Counted from the first letter of the stretch, positions 1-9,796 are shown. The stretch: DNA of 64,000 nucleotides from Dehalococcoidia bacterium (GCA_965218115.1 OZ244584.1:2560012-2624011), one strand, 5' to 3'. A program made the numbers and translations. Notes: a model not told the origin generated them from the sequence alone.

Positions 1-851
1 TCGATCCTGACCCGGGTCAGCACGCTGTTGGTCGTGTTCTCCACCGTGCCGCGGAAGGAATTGCTTGGGGCGTGGTATCGAAGGATCAGTCGGCCGCCGC
101 TGCGGACCGTATCAAGAGTTTCATTCAGAGCCAGGGCGTTGGCGCCGCGGCCGTCTTCGTCACCACCAGCGGATTGATCACCGCCTTCACCACCGGAGCC
201 ATGTTCATCGCTGCCCTGGGCGCCTTCTTCACCCCCGTGCGGCGTGGGGCCGGGGCCGCTGCAGTCAAACACCTCGATGTGAGCGACGTAGCCATCGAAG
301 GAAACCCCGCCAAGCTTCGGTTCGCTGTCAACTCGCAGGGTTGACGATGCTTCCTGTCCAGGCTCCAGATCTCCCATTTTGTCGGGGCCGAGCTCCCCGA
401 CCGTCCTTGTGCCGGCCTTCATGTGAGGTTCGACCTGCACGTAGCAGAGCGTCTTGGAGAGCGTGTTGCGTACGGTCGTGTGGACCGAGTCGGTTGCCGC
501 GTCGTAGCGCATGGCGACAGCCACTCCGCCGAGCACACCGTTCCACTCTTGATCGAGAGGGGTGATCGGGCTCGACATCTCGGCCTCTCTGCTCTGCCGA
601 GACTGATCGGATCCTTCAGCTTCTGCCCCGTGCTCAGCGCGCTCCTCGCCATGTTCGCCTTGACTCTCATGCTCAGCTCCAGACTGGCCGCCTTCTCGCT
701 CGGAGTGCTGACTCTGCGTCGCGTGCTCAGCATCTCGATCCTCTCCGGCTCCGTTGTGGCCCGCGCAGCCGGAGAGCAGCAGCGCGGGGAGCATGGCGCC
801 GATCACGGCCCCGATCAGGATGAACATCGTGGTGAGCTGCTTGCCGATCAT
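1..851 (-). CDS. Putative lipoprotein with His/Glu/Gly-rich linkers and a repeated beta-rich domain (runs off the window start; not in the ORF track)
   Basis: Manual translation from ATG at 851: MIGKQLTTMFILIGAVIGAMLPALLLSGC (lipobox), then EHESQGEHGEERAEHG, TVRNTLSKTLCYVQVEPH, GTVENTTNSVLTRVRI. Purine-rich RBS upstream; no stop before base 1. Confidence 0.8.
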   Translation of the reverse strand, partial: MIGKQLTTMFILIGAVIGAMLPALLLSGCAGHNGAGEDRDAEHATQSQHSEREGGQSGAEHESQGEHGEERAEHGAEAEGSDQSRQSREAEMSSPITPLDQEWNGVLGGVAVAMRYDAATDSVHTTVRNTLSKTLCYVQVEPHMKAGTRTVGELGPDKMGDLEPGQEASSTLRVDSEPKLGGVSFDGYVAHIEVFDCSGPGPTPHGGEEGAQGSDEHGSGGEGGDQSAGGDEDGRGANALALNETLDTVRSGGRLILRYHAPSNSFRGTVENTTNSVLTRVRI

Positions 852-1044
852 CCCTTCATTCCTTTCGTGAGGTACCGGCGATGGGGCTCACGGTAGAGAC
901 GAAATGTCGCAGAAATGTGTCGTCGGCAGCCCGGACTGGCGCTCGGTCAGCACGCTCGTCAACGCTACCCTGCCGAATGCGATCAGGAGCTCGACCACCT
1001 CCCTGTTCGAGTCTGAGAAGCCGCGGCGTTCGAAGGGGGTTCAG

Positions 1045-1902
1045 ATGGAGCAACTCGAGCTCGTCCCGTACCTGCTCTACGAGAAGGAGGAGAACGGGAT
1101 TCTGTGGATCAAGTTCAATCGACCGGAGAAGCTGAACGCGGCCGTCGGCGGTGGTGAGCGGACCGGCACGCTGGCCAAGGTCGGTGAGTACATGCGCGCC
1201 GGCGACGATGACCCAGACGTGAAGGTGATCGTGCTGACCGGCGTCGGGCGCGGCTTCTGTGCGGGGGTGGACGTGCGTGGCACGGATCTCGGCGAATTCG
1301 AGCCGAACGACAACTATCTCGGTAACGCGCCGTACGAAACCGGCGGGTTGGATGCGACGCGGCAGCGCTTCTACTACGGCATCACGAAGCTGATGAAGGA
1401 CATCTCGTACATCCGCAAGCCGACGATCGCGATGCTGAACGGCGTGGCGGCCGGATTCGGCATGGACATGGCGCTGCAATGCGACATTCGCTATGGCAGC
1501 GAGAACACGCGGTTTATCTCCTACCAGCAGGTTGGCCAGATCATCGAGAACGGTGGCGCCTACTACCTGACGAGGCTTGCCGGGCTTGGTCGCACGCTTG
1601 AGTTCGCCTTCACGGGCCACCTCGACGGCGAGACCGCCGCGGAGTGGGGCGTCGTGAACAAGCTCGTCCCGTCCGATGAGTTGGAGGCGGAGGTGCGCGG
1701 GTTGTGCGACCGGATCATGCGCAACCCGCCGATGGTCACGTGGATCAACAAGCGGGTGATCAGGGCGGCGATGGACAGCACGCTGGAAACCACGGCGGTG
1801 CTGACCTCGAACGCCTCCTCGATTCTCGCCACGTCGGAAGATGCCGCGGAGGCGCGTGCAGCCCTCCGCGAGCGCCGCGCGCCGGAATTCAAGGGCCGCT
1901 GA
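1045..1902 (+). CDS. Enoyl-CoA hydratase/isomerase (crotonase) family protein
   Basis: NRPEKLNA, LTGVGRGFCAGVD, KPTIAMLNGVAAGFG motifs; ATG 1045 after an aagggg RBS. Confidence 0.9.
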   Translation: MEQLELVPYLLYEKEENGILWIKFNRPEKLNAAVGGGERTGTLAKVGEYMRAGDDDPDVKVIVLTGVGRGFCAGVDVRGTDLGEFEPNDNYLGNAPYETGGLDATRQRFYYGITKLMKDISYIRKPTIAMLNGVAAGFGMDMALQCDIRYGSENTRFISYQQVGQIIENGGAYYLTRLAGLGRTLEFAFTGHLDGETAAEWGVVNKLVPSDELEAEVRGLCDRIMRNPPMVTWINKRVIRAAMDSTLETTAVLTSNASSILATSEDAAEARAALRERRAPEFKGR

Positions 1903-1971
1903 GTGCCTCGGCCATTTGGCGGCCGGGCGCCTCGACACTCTCACCAGGAATCCTCTGAACAGGTCGGACCC

Positions 1972-2089
1972 GATCTCCCCCGGCAGAGCGAGGGGAGATG
2001 CCGAAGGCAGATGGGGGCGAGCCGTTGCGGACCGGGGGAGCCCCCCTCTGTCACTCCGTGACATCTCCCCCCGCAAAGCGGGGGGAGAG
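1972..2089. repeat. Inverted pair of REP/CIR-like palindromic repeats
   Basis: ctccccc..ggggagatgccgaaggcaga followed by ccccctctgtcactccgtgacatctcccccgcaaagcggggggagag; the same unit recurs at 2.97-3.46 kb and 58.27-58.42 kb. Confidence 0.8.
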
Positions 2090-2153
2090 TTATTCAGAGC
2101 TCTCCCAGCCAGTACGCTTCGCCTCCCGATGGGGGGTGACGAAGGAGATCGCC

Positions 2154-2939
2154 ATGTCAGATGTCTCATTCGCCCGTTTCGAAGGCAGAGTGGCGCTGAT
2201 CAGCGGGGCCGCCGCCGGCATCTGCCGCGTCAGCGCCGAGATCATCGCTGCCGAGGGCGGCACCATCGCCGCCGTGGACAATGACGGGGAGCTGCTTGAC
2301 GGCGCGGTGGAGTCGTTCGCGGCGGCGGGTGGCGGCGCGCACCACGCCTATCCCGCCGACGTCCTCGTGCAGGAGCAGGTCGATGACGTCGTCGCGGACG
2401 TCGTGGGCCGCTTTGGCAAGATCGACATCCTGATCAACGGCGTCGGCGGCTCGACGATCATCGCGAACTCGGCCGCGCGGGCGGAGGAACTGACGATGGA
2501 GGAGTGGCAGAAGGTGCTGGACTTCAACCTCAGCGGTACCTTCCTGTTCTGCCACGCCGTGATTCCACATATGACCAGGCAGGGCGGTGGCAAGATCGTG
2601 AATTTCGCCTCGATCGCCGGGCGGGGCAAGAGCGCCAGTAGTTCGTCGGCCTACGCGGCGGCCAAGGGTGGGATCATCGCGTTTACCACCAAGCTCGCCA
2701 CCGAGGTCGGGCCGGCGGGGATCAACGTCAACGCGATCGCACCTTCGGTGACCCTCACGGAGCGGATCCGTCGCCACTGGGAAGGGCGGCCGCTGGAGCT
2801 GCGAGATGACGCTCTCACCTCGACGCCGCTGGGCCGGCTCGCGGAGCCGATCGACCAGGCCAACGTGGTGTGCTTCCTGGCGTCGTCACACGCGGACTTC
2901 GTCACCGGGGTGACGATTGATGTGACGGGCGGGGCCTAG
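2154..2939 (+). CDS. SDR family NAD(P)-dependent oxidoreductase
   Basis: SGAAAGIC nucleotide-binding motif, YAAAKGG catalytic motif; aaggag RBS before ATG 2154. Confidence 0.9.
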   Translation: MSDVSFARFEGRVALISGAAAGICRVSAEIIAAEGGTIAAVDNDGELLDGAVESFAAAGGGAHHAYPADVLVQEQVDDVVADVVGRFGKIDILINGVGGSTIIANSAARAEELTMEEWQKVLDFNLSGTFLFCHAVIPHMTRQGGGKIVNFASIAGRGKSASSSSAYAAAKGGIIAFTTKLATEVGPAGINVNAIAPSVTLTERIRRHWEGRPLELRDDALTSTPLGRLAEPIDQANVVCFLASSHADFVTGVTIDVTGGA

Positions 2940-2972
2940 CAGGGGGCTGAGGCGGTTCGGCTGTTGGCGTTC

Positions 2973-3500
2973 GCCCCTCTCCCCCCGCTCTGCGGGGGGA
3001 GATGTCACGGAGTGACAGAGGGGGGCTGCAGCCCCGACGCAACGGCGTAGCGTATCTGGTCCGGCACGGTCGGGCCCCCCTCTGCCTGCGGCATCTCCCC
3101 CCGCGCAGCGGGGGGAGCGGGGATTCGTAGGATCACCCGCGGGTCTGCTGCGAGGGGAGCGGGGATTCGTAGGATCACCCGCGGGTCTGCTGCGAGGGGA
3201 GCGGGGATTCGTAGGATCACCCGCGGGTCTCCTGCGGGGGGAACTGTCGCGCAGCGACTGAGGGGGAGGGACCGTCACGCAGCACGCTGAATCTGGAGCA
3301 CCGCGCAACGGCCGCGGCCTCCCCCTCTGCCTGCGGCATCTCCCCCGCGGGGGGAGAAGTGGGGGCGGTCGGGCTTGGCCAGATACAGCCACGCCGGTGA
3401 GTGGGGACCGCGGCCCCCCTCTGCCTGCGGCATCTCCCCCCGCGATGCGGGGGGAGAGGGGATTGGTAGGATCACCCGCGGGTCTGCTGCGGGGGGGAGA
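2973..3500. repeat. Cluster of REP/CIR-like palindromes with an embedded 42-bp tandem repeat
   Basis: Palindromic units near 2973, 3074, 3318 and 3414. The 42-bp unit ggggagcggggattcgtaggatcacccgcgggtctgctgcga starts at 3112, 3154 and 3196, with a variant near 3452. Confidence 0.9.
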
Positions 3501-3535
3501 GGGAGAGCGGGCGCGATGACTTTTTCGGCGGCCTG

Positions 3536-4573
3536 TTAGATCTCGCCCGACTTGAGCACGGGTAGGACCTCTTTGGCGAAGAGGGTCATGGAATCCAGCA
3601 CCTGTTTTTGCGACAGGTCGCCGAACCAGAAGTTTGCGTTGAAGTGGTCGATGCCCATGACATCGCGGAGCTGCTTGATTTTGGCAATGCAGGTGTCGGG
3701 CGTGCCCATCACGAACGAGCCGTTGAGCAGTTCCTCGGTGGTTGGTTCGCCGTCGAAGGGGATGGCGATCGCTCGGCCCCGATCGACGCGCGCGAGACCC
3801 TCTCGCAGGCTCAAGGTCACGCGCTGGTTCCAGCGGGCCTGTTCGACGATTGCCGGCAGCTCGGATTCATCGTGCGTCACATAGACGGGGCGCTGGGTGC
3901 TGACCCGGACGGCTTGCCGCTGCGCCGGATCAGTGATCGCCCGGTCGAAGGTCTCGCGGAACTCGGCCAACCGCTCGATCGATATGCCGAAGCCGCCGGA
4001 GATCAGATTGAAGCCTCGCTGAGCCGTCGCCACAATCGACTCGGGGCTCTGCGCGACCATCCAGATCGGCGGGTGCGGCTGTTGGATGGACATCGGGAAC
4101 ACGCTGGTCTCGCCGAAGCTGTAGTACTTGCCCTCGTGGGAGAACGGGTCCCCCGCGAACGCCTTCAGCAGAATGTCGACGGACTCGTCGAAGCGCTCGC
4201 GGCTCTGATCGAGCGTCTGACCGAGCCGCTCGAACTCGTAGCGCTGATAGCCACGGCCCAGGCCGACATCAAGACGGCCGCCGCTGAGCAGGTCGGCGGT
4301 GGCGATCTCCTCGGCGACGATCAGGGGATGGTGCAGCGGCAGCACGACGACGGCGGAGCCGACGCGGATCCGTTCGGTCTGGGCCGCGAGGTGGATCGCG
4401 AACATCAAGGGACGTGAGAGGTAGCCATAGGTCGAGAAGTGATGCTCGGCGCACCAGATGCTGTCGAAGCCCAGCCGGTCGGCGGTCTGGGCCATCTCCG
4501 TGGCTCGCACGAACACCGCAGCATGGTCCTGCGCGCCGGGCGACTGGAGCAGCAGGAAGGTTCCGCAATCCAT
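3536..4573 (-). CDS. LLM class flavin-dependent oxidoreductase (luciferase-like)
   Basis: GFDSIWCAEHH, LSGGRLDVGLGRGY, QQPHPPIW motifs; start placed at MDCGTF. Confidence 0.9.
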   Translation of the reverse strand: MDCGTFLLLQSPGAQDHAAVFVRATEMAQTADRLGFDSIWCAEHHFSTYGYLSRPLMFAIHLAAQTERIRVGSAVVVLPLHHPLIVAEEIATADLLSGGRLDVGLGRGYQRYEFERLGQTLDQSRERFDESVDILLKAFAGDPFSHEGKYYSFGETSVFPMSIQQPHPPIWMVAQSPESIVATAQRGFNLISGGFGISIERLAEFRETFDRAITDPAQRQAVRVSTQRPVYVTHDESELPAIVEQARWNQRVTLSLREGLARVDRGRAIAIPFDGEPTTEELLNGSFVMGTPDTCIAKIKQLRDVMGIDHFNANFWFGDLSQKQVLDSMTLFAKEVLPVLKSGEI

Positions 4574-4840
4574 GAGGTCCGCTCCCGTGTCGGTGCGCTG
4601 GTGACACGCCCCGCAGGCTAGCGCGATCCGTTGAGCGTGCGGCCGAGCGCCGAGAGTTCGTCGCGCCGCCGGCGCCGAGTAGGGGGAGACGTCGTCGGCG
4701 CCGGCTCGTCGATCGGGCATTCGCTTCTCTATCTTCAACATCAACCGAGTTTGCTCGCCCGAGCGCGGACCAGCGTTGGTGGGCCAGGTAGAAGGCGACG
4801 TGTGGTGAGCGACATCCATGACGGCGACACCGGTAGGTCA

Positions 4841-6073
4841 ATGAGCGCCCTGCTCGAGCGCGATACGAATGCGTTCTTCAATCAGGCGAACACCAGCCCC
4901 TGCGCGCTTGCGTTCCGCGGCGGTGAGGGTTCGTGGTTAGAGGATCAGGACGGTAACCGCTACCTCGACTGGTACGGCAACAACTGCCACAACCTTGGAC
5001 ACGCGCACCCGAGTGTCGTTGCCGCCGTAGAGGCGCAGCTTGCAACGCTAGCCTTCGTGCCTCGTGGGTTCACCGCCGAGCCGCCGGTGCGCCTGGCCGA
5101 GCGTCTCGCTGCGCTGTGGCCCGGCAAGGCCGCGAGGGTTTCGCTGGTGCCGGGCGGTGCAGAGGCGGTTGAGATTGCGCTCAGTCTCGCCCGTGTGTGC
5201 ACGGGCCGTTCGCGCGTGATCTCGTTCTACACCGCCTATCACGGGCGCAGCGCCGGAGCCCTCAGCGTCAGCGGCGCCAGGCATCGCGATCCGCGTCTGG
5301 GACCCGGTGTGCCCGGCACACTCTTTGTGCCGCCGTTTCATCCGGTCAACGGGACGGATAGTCCCTCCGCTGCCGCCGATCGTTCGCTGCAGTCCATTGA
5401 TGATGCGCTGAAGCTGGAGGGCGACGTGGCCGCGCTCATCGCCGAACCAGTGCGCAACGGACCGTATGTCCCGCCGCACGGATATTGGGAGGACGTGCGC
5501 GCGTTACTCGTCGCGCACGGCGCCCTGCTGATCTTCGACGAGATCCCCGTCGGTCTCGGTCGTGCCGGTCGCCTGTTTACGAGTGAGCATTTTGGGCTCA
5601 GCCCCGACATCACGGTGGTGGGCAAGTCGCTCGGCGGTGGAGTCCTGCCGCTCGCTGCCGTGATCGCCGACGAGCGATTGAATTGTGCACCGGATCTTAA
5701 TCTCCACTACTACACCCACGAGAAGAACCCGCTGACGGCCGCGGCGGGCCTGGCGACCCTGGAGGTGCTGGATGACGAACAGCTCCCGCAGCGCGCGGCC
5801 GGCCTGGGCCGAGAGTTGCTACGGCGCCTGGAACGGGCCGCGGCAGCTTGCAACGCGATCGTGGATGTCCGTGGGATTGGCTTGATGTTCGGATTCACGT
5901 TCGTCTCGCCCGAGTCAGCCGCGGGGTTTGTCGAGGCTGCGAGGAGGGAGGGCGTGATCGCCAACGGGCCCAATGGTGACGCCGTCACGCTGGCGCCGGC
6001 ATTGAACGCCACCGAAGACGATCTCGAGTTTGGGCTGGATGCGATTGAACGGGTACTCGCCGCGATGGCTTGA
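4841..6073 (+). CDS. Class III PLP-dependent aminotransferase-fold enzyme, PbfA-like
   Basis: LIFDEIPVGLGRAG, VVGKSLGGG (PLP Lys), YTHEKNP, GNNCHNLGH. Confidence 0.85.
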   Translation: MSALLERDTNAFFNQANTSPCALAFRGGEGSWLEDQDGNRYLDWYGNNCHNLGHAHPSVVAAVEAQLATLAFVPRGFTAEPPVRLAERLAALWPGKAARVSLVPGGAEAVEIALSLARVCTGRSRVISFYTAYHGRSAGALSVSGARHRDPRLGPGVPGTLFVPPFHPVNGTDSPSAAADRSLQSIDDALKLEGDVAALIAEPVRNGPYVPPHGYWEDVRALLVAHGALLIFDEIPVGLGRAGRLFTSEHFGLSPDITVVGKSLGGGVLPLAAVIADERLNCAPDLNLHYYTHEKNPLTAAAGLATLEVLDDEQLPQRAAGLGRELLRRLERAAAACNAIVDVRGIGLMFGFTFVSPESAAGFVEAARREGVIANGPNGDAVTLAPALNATEDDLEFGLDAIERVLAAMA

Positions 6074-6178
6074 CGGCTTGATGGCGCCGAGCGGCAGCGT
6101 GGTCGGCACTGCAGCGCGAGTTGGGAGCTCGCTCGCCTCAGGTAGCCTGCAGCCCGAAATGGTTTGGAGGAGGCTCAG

Positions 6179-6577
6179 ATGTCTGACGTTGCAGAACAGG
6201 CAAAGGCGGCCGTATGCGCGTTTCAGGATGCGTTCAACGCCCAGGACCACGAGCGGCTGGCCGCTGCGCTGAACTATCCGCACGTGCGCCTCTGGCGCGG
6301 CGTGTTCACGACGATCGAGACTCCCGAGGAGTTCGCCGAGGTCAGCAAACGCGGGCAATCGCAACTCGAGGCGGAAGGCTGGCATCACACCACGACGGCC
6401 TCGATGGATGTCGTGCAGGAGGGCCCCGACAAGGCGCACGTTGCGCTGATCAATCACCGCACTCACGCGGACGGCGCCGTCTATCACAAGTTCGACACCT
6501 TCTGGATCGTCACCAACCAGGACGGCCACTGGGGCGTCAAGTTCCGCTCCAGTTTTCTCGCGTCAGCCTCGCACTAA
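6179..6577 (+). CDS. NTF2/SnoaL-like small protein
   Basis: ggagg RBS; FQDAFNAQD..LNYPHVRL..WGVKFRSS pattern of NTF2-like folds. Confidence 0.65.
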   Translation: MSDVAEQAKAAVCAFQDAFNAQDHERLAAALNYPHVRLWRGVFTTIETPEEFAEVSKRGQSQLEAEGWHHTTTASMDVVQEGPDKAHVALINHRTHADGAVYHKFDTFWIVTNQDGHWGVKFRSSFLASASH

Positions 6578-6835
6578 GGGAGCTCCGAATTTCGTCCCTT
6601 CACCATGCGGGGGAACGCAGACCCAGCTCGTTCTGAGGAATCGCAAAGAACGCCGGCATGTCGAGGGGCCGATCAAGCGAATGCGCCGCTTTGACTTGAA
6701 CGAAGTGGGTCCGGGAGATCACACGGCCTGCGAGGACTAGCCAGATCGGTCATTGCGAACGATCGAAGATTCGGATAGTCCACGATCAGATCGCAGACCG
6801 AACGCAGATAGATGTCTTGGTACATGGGGTGGTAG

Positions 6836-7069
6836 GAGGCCGGGTTCCGCATCGTCCATTCCGAAGACTTGAGCGTCAAGGGCGGGATCTCCAGCGTGGT
6901 GCTGTATGAGACGCTCAACAAGTATTACAGCGCGGTCGACCGGTGGGTGTCGCGGCTATCCAAGTATGGTCTGTTGCCACGAAAGATGAGGGTGATGCTC
7001 AACCAGCTCAACGCCAATGGAGAGGCCTGGTATGAGGCGGACCGCCTGCGGCTGGTCGCACCTACCTAG
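6836..7069 (+). pseudogene. Possible C-terminal remnant of a class I SAM methyltransferase
   Basis: EAGFRIVHSEDLS...EAWYEADRL resembles C-termini of sterol-methyltransferase-like proteins; in-frame stop directly upstream; lower-GC patch. Confidence 0.3.
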
Positions 7070-7257
7070 TATCTAGTTGCCGACAAAGCGCGCGCCGTGG
7101 ACGATCCAGCCGGTCATCGACCGTCGGTCGGCTCGCGTCGTCGATTGGCTCTTGATCCGTTCCCAGCCGCTGCGTATGGTGCAGCCGCGCTGCGCAGGCG
7201 CATCGACCCCGTGCAGCCACGCCGAAGGAGTATGATCTGCTGCGTTTCGCGCTGGCC

Positions 7258-7971
7258 ATGGCGAAGCGGGTCTTGGGCGCCCTTCGAGATTTGCTCCCGA
7301 TCGTCGCCGTGATCGCCCTTTTCCAGGTGGTGGTGGTGCGACAGCCCTTTCCCGATGTGGCCAGCGTGGTCGTCGGGCTGGTGTGCGTCGTCGTGGGGCT
7401 GGCGCTGTTCATTCAGGGTCTGGAGAGCGGGCTGTTCCCGCTGGGCGAGGCGCTGGCGCAGGGGATGGCGCAGAAGGGGAGCACGCCGGCGCTGCTGCTG
7501 CTGGCCTTCAGTCTCGGCTTTGGCACGACAGTCGCGGAGCCGGCGCTGATCGCCGTGGCGGCCGAGGCGGCCGAAGTGGCGGCCGAGGCGAGGTTCATCG
7601 GCTACAGCCAGGCTGCCCAGGCCCGGTACGCCCTTGAGTTGCGCTTGGTGGTGGCGGTCGCCGTCGGCCTCGCCATCGTTCTGGGGGTGCTGCGCATTCT
7701 GAAGGGCTGGCCGATTCACCGCTTTATCATCGGCGGCTACATCCTGGTCATGGTGATGACCGTATTCGCGCCCGAGGAGATTGTGGGCGTGGCCTACGAC
7801 TCGGGCGGGGTGACGACCAGCACGATCACGGTGCCGTTGATCACCGCGCTGGGCGTGGGGCTGGCTTCCGCGATCCGGGGGCGCAATCCGATGCTCGACG
7901 GATTTGGTCTGATCGCGTTCGCCAGTCTCACCCCGATGATCTGCGTGCTGGGCTACGGGATGGTGTCGTGA
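7258..7971 (+). CDS. DUF1538 membrane protein (subunit 1)
   Basis: [44 protein letters not shown]. Confidence 0.9.
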   Translation: MAKRVLGALRDLLPIVAVIALFQVVVVRQPFPDVASVVVGLVCVVVGLALFIQGLESGLFPLGEALAQGMAQKGSTPALLLLAFSLGFGTTVAEPALIAVAAEAAEVAAEARFIGYSQAAQARYALELRLVVAVAVGLAIVLGVLRILKGWPIHRFIIGGYILVMVMTVFAPEEIVGVAYDSGGVTTSTITVPLITALGVGLASAIRGRNPMLDGFGLIAFASLTPMICVLGYGMVS

Positions 7972-8753
7972 TGCTGGAGTCGCTCTCGCTGTTCGGCGAA
8001 ACCCTGCTGTACACGCTTCGCGACGTGTCGCCGATCATCGTCATCCTCGTGGTGTTCCAAGTGGTGGTGTTGCGGCGCAAGCCGCTCAACATCGGGGGCA
8101 TCGTCACCGGCTCGGTGATGGTGTTGCTGGGACTGGCGCTGTTCCTGATCGGACTGGAACAGGCGCTGTTCCCGATCGGCGAGACGATGGCGCGGCAGCT
8201 GACGGAAGAGGCAAGGGCGCTGGTGGGCGCGGTGCGGTGGGAGGACTACTGGCTGGTGTATCTCTTCGCGGCGGCGATCGGCTTTGCGACGACTGTGGCT
8301 GAGCCGTCGCTGATCGCCGTAGGCCTGAAGGCCCAGGAGGTTTCGGGCGGCGCGGTGAAGGCCTGGGGCTTGCGGATCGCCGTGGCAGTGGGAGTGGCCG
8401 TGGGTGTGTCGCTGGGCTGCTTCCGGATCGTGACGGGCACGCCGCTGCTGTGGTACATCTTGGGGGCCTACGTCATCGTCATCGTGCAGACCTACCTGAG
8501 CAGCCGCATGATCGTCCCGCTGGCCTACGACAGCGGGGGCGTCACGACCTCGACCGTGACAGTGCCGGTGGTGGCGGCCCTGGGGCTGGGTCTGGCCGCC
8601 AATGTACCGGGGCGAAGCCCGTTGATCGACGGCTTTGGGCTGATTGCCTTCGCTAGTGTCTTCCCGATCATGTCGGTATTAGGCTATGCCATCGGCGCTG
8701 ATTGGGTGGGACGCTGGCGCAAGCGGAAGGAGCAACAGGAGGTGGAGCAATGA
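7968..8753 (+). CDS. DUF1538 membrane protein (subunit 2)
   Basis: Same signature motifs as the upstream paralogue; 4-bp start/stop overlap. Confidence 0.9.
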   Translation: MMLESLSLFGETLLYTLRDVSPIIVILVVFQVVVLRRKPLNIGGIVTGSVMVLLGLALFLIGLEQALFPIGETMARQLTEEARALVGAVRWEDYWLVYLFAAAIGFATTVAEPSLIAVGLKAQEVSGGAVKAWGLRIAVAVGVAVGVSLGCFRIVTGTPLLWYILGAYVIVIVQTYLSSRMIVPLAYDSGGVTTSTVTVPVVAALGLGLAANVPGRSPLIDGFGLIAFASVFPIMSVLGYAIGADWVGRWRKRKEQQEVEQ

Positions 8754-9100
8754 AGATGGCGCTGGTCGTCGCGCTGGTGAGCGACGAGAAGACAACCGAG
8801 GTCATCAATGCGGCGCGGGAGGGCGGCGCGACGGGCGACACGATCATCGGCGGCGTGCGCGGCGAGGGACTGCGGCCGGAGAAGACGTTCCTGGGGCTGG
8901 ACCTGACCGCACGGCAGAACATGGTGCTGTTCCTGGTGGCGGAGCCGCGTGCGCGGGACATCCTCGAGCGCATCGCGGCGGCCGGCGGCATGAACCGTGA
9001 GCATGGCAACGGCGTTGCCTTTCAGATCACGATCGAGGACGCGGTTGGCCTCTCGACCCAGTTGCCCACGCTGATGGAAGAGTTGGAAGGCTCCCTATGA
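8750..9100 (+). CDS. P-II family regulator-like protein
   Basis: AAREGGATGDTI..RGEG..FLGL and GNGVAFQITIEDAVG; ATGA overlap with the upstream gene. Confidence 0.85.
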   Translation: MKMALVVALVSDEKTTEVINAAREGGATGDTIIGGVRGEGLRPEKTFLGLDLTARQNMVLFLVAEPRARDILERIAAAGGMNREHGNGVAFQITIEDAVGLSTQLPTLMEELEGSL

Positions 9101-9573
9101 CCGATCCGAGCGACCACCCGGCGTTACGCGTGTCCGACGTGATGGGGACGGAACTGCACACGATCGACGGGCTGGCGACGGCGGCCGAGGCTATGGCGTC
9201 GATGAAGCGACTGCAGATCAGTTCTCTGGTAGTGAACCGGCGGCACGACGACGACGAGCTGGGGATCATCGCGGTGGGCGACATAGCGCGGGAAGTGATC
9301 ACGCACAATCGCGCCCCAGAGCGGGTCAATGTCTACGAGATCATGTCGAAGCCGGCGCTGACGGTGCGCTCGGGAATGCTCGCGCGCTACGCGGTGCGGC
9401 TGCTGGTACAGTTTCGCGTTTCCCGCGCGCTGGTGATCGACGAGGATGGCGCGCCTCTTGGTCTGGTCACGTTGCGCGACCTGGTCCTGGGGCCGTCCGC
9501 AGCGCAGGAGTCGCGCGAGCATGACGACGGCGAAGAGGACGGTTGTGATGACCCTGGACGAACGGACGGGTAA
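9097..9573 (+). CDS. CBS domain pair protein
   Basis: VSDVM, VYEIMSKPALTV, LGLVTLRDLV. Confidence 0.9.
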   Translation: MTDPSDHPALRVSDVMGTELHTIDGLATAAEAMASMKRLQISSLVVNRRHDDDELGIIAVGDIAREVITHNRAPERVNVYEIMSKPALTVRSGMLARYAVRLLVQFRVSRALVIDEDGAPLGLVTLRDLVLGPSAAQESREHDDGEEDGCDDPGRTDG

Positions 9574-9704
9574 CCACGAAGCAGTGGCTTCCCCTTACAT
9601 CGAGGAACTCGGCTTCGTTGGGTAGCAGAAATCCCCCGCTCGTCGCGGTTTCGTCATCAGGCGACAACGAAGGTCAATGAGAAGGTTCTCGATTTTGTCT
9701 TGGG

Positions 9705-9781
9705 TGGTAGGGCATGGGGGATTCGAACCCCCGATCTCCGCCTTGAGAGGGCGGTGTCCTGGGCCGCTAGACGAATGCCCC
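9705..9781 (-). tRNA. tRNA-Glu(CTC)
   Basis: GGGGCAT acceptor stem, anticodon arm ccgcc-ctCTCaa-ggcgg, GGTTCGAATCC T-loop, encoded CCA. Confidence 0.97.
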
Positions 9782-9796
9782 ACGTGGTGAGCGGGT

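Noticed and set aside
65-896. Plus-strand ORFs 65..565, 72..344 and 423..896
   Set aside because: They are antisense shadows of the minus-strand lipoprotein gene.
3112-3237. CRISPR array
   Set aside because: Units are head-to-tail with no unique spacers, and there are no cas genes in the window.
9647-9661. Hammerhead-like CTGATGA-C-GAAAC on the minus strand
   Set aside because: No stem II and no convincing flanking stems.
9575-9705. Integrative element at the tRNA-Glu 3' end
   Set aside because: No integrase or duplicated tRNA end was found in the window, so it cannot be supported.
9595-9783. 62-aa ORF in the track
   Set aside because: It is a translation of the tRNA-Glu gene.
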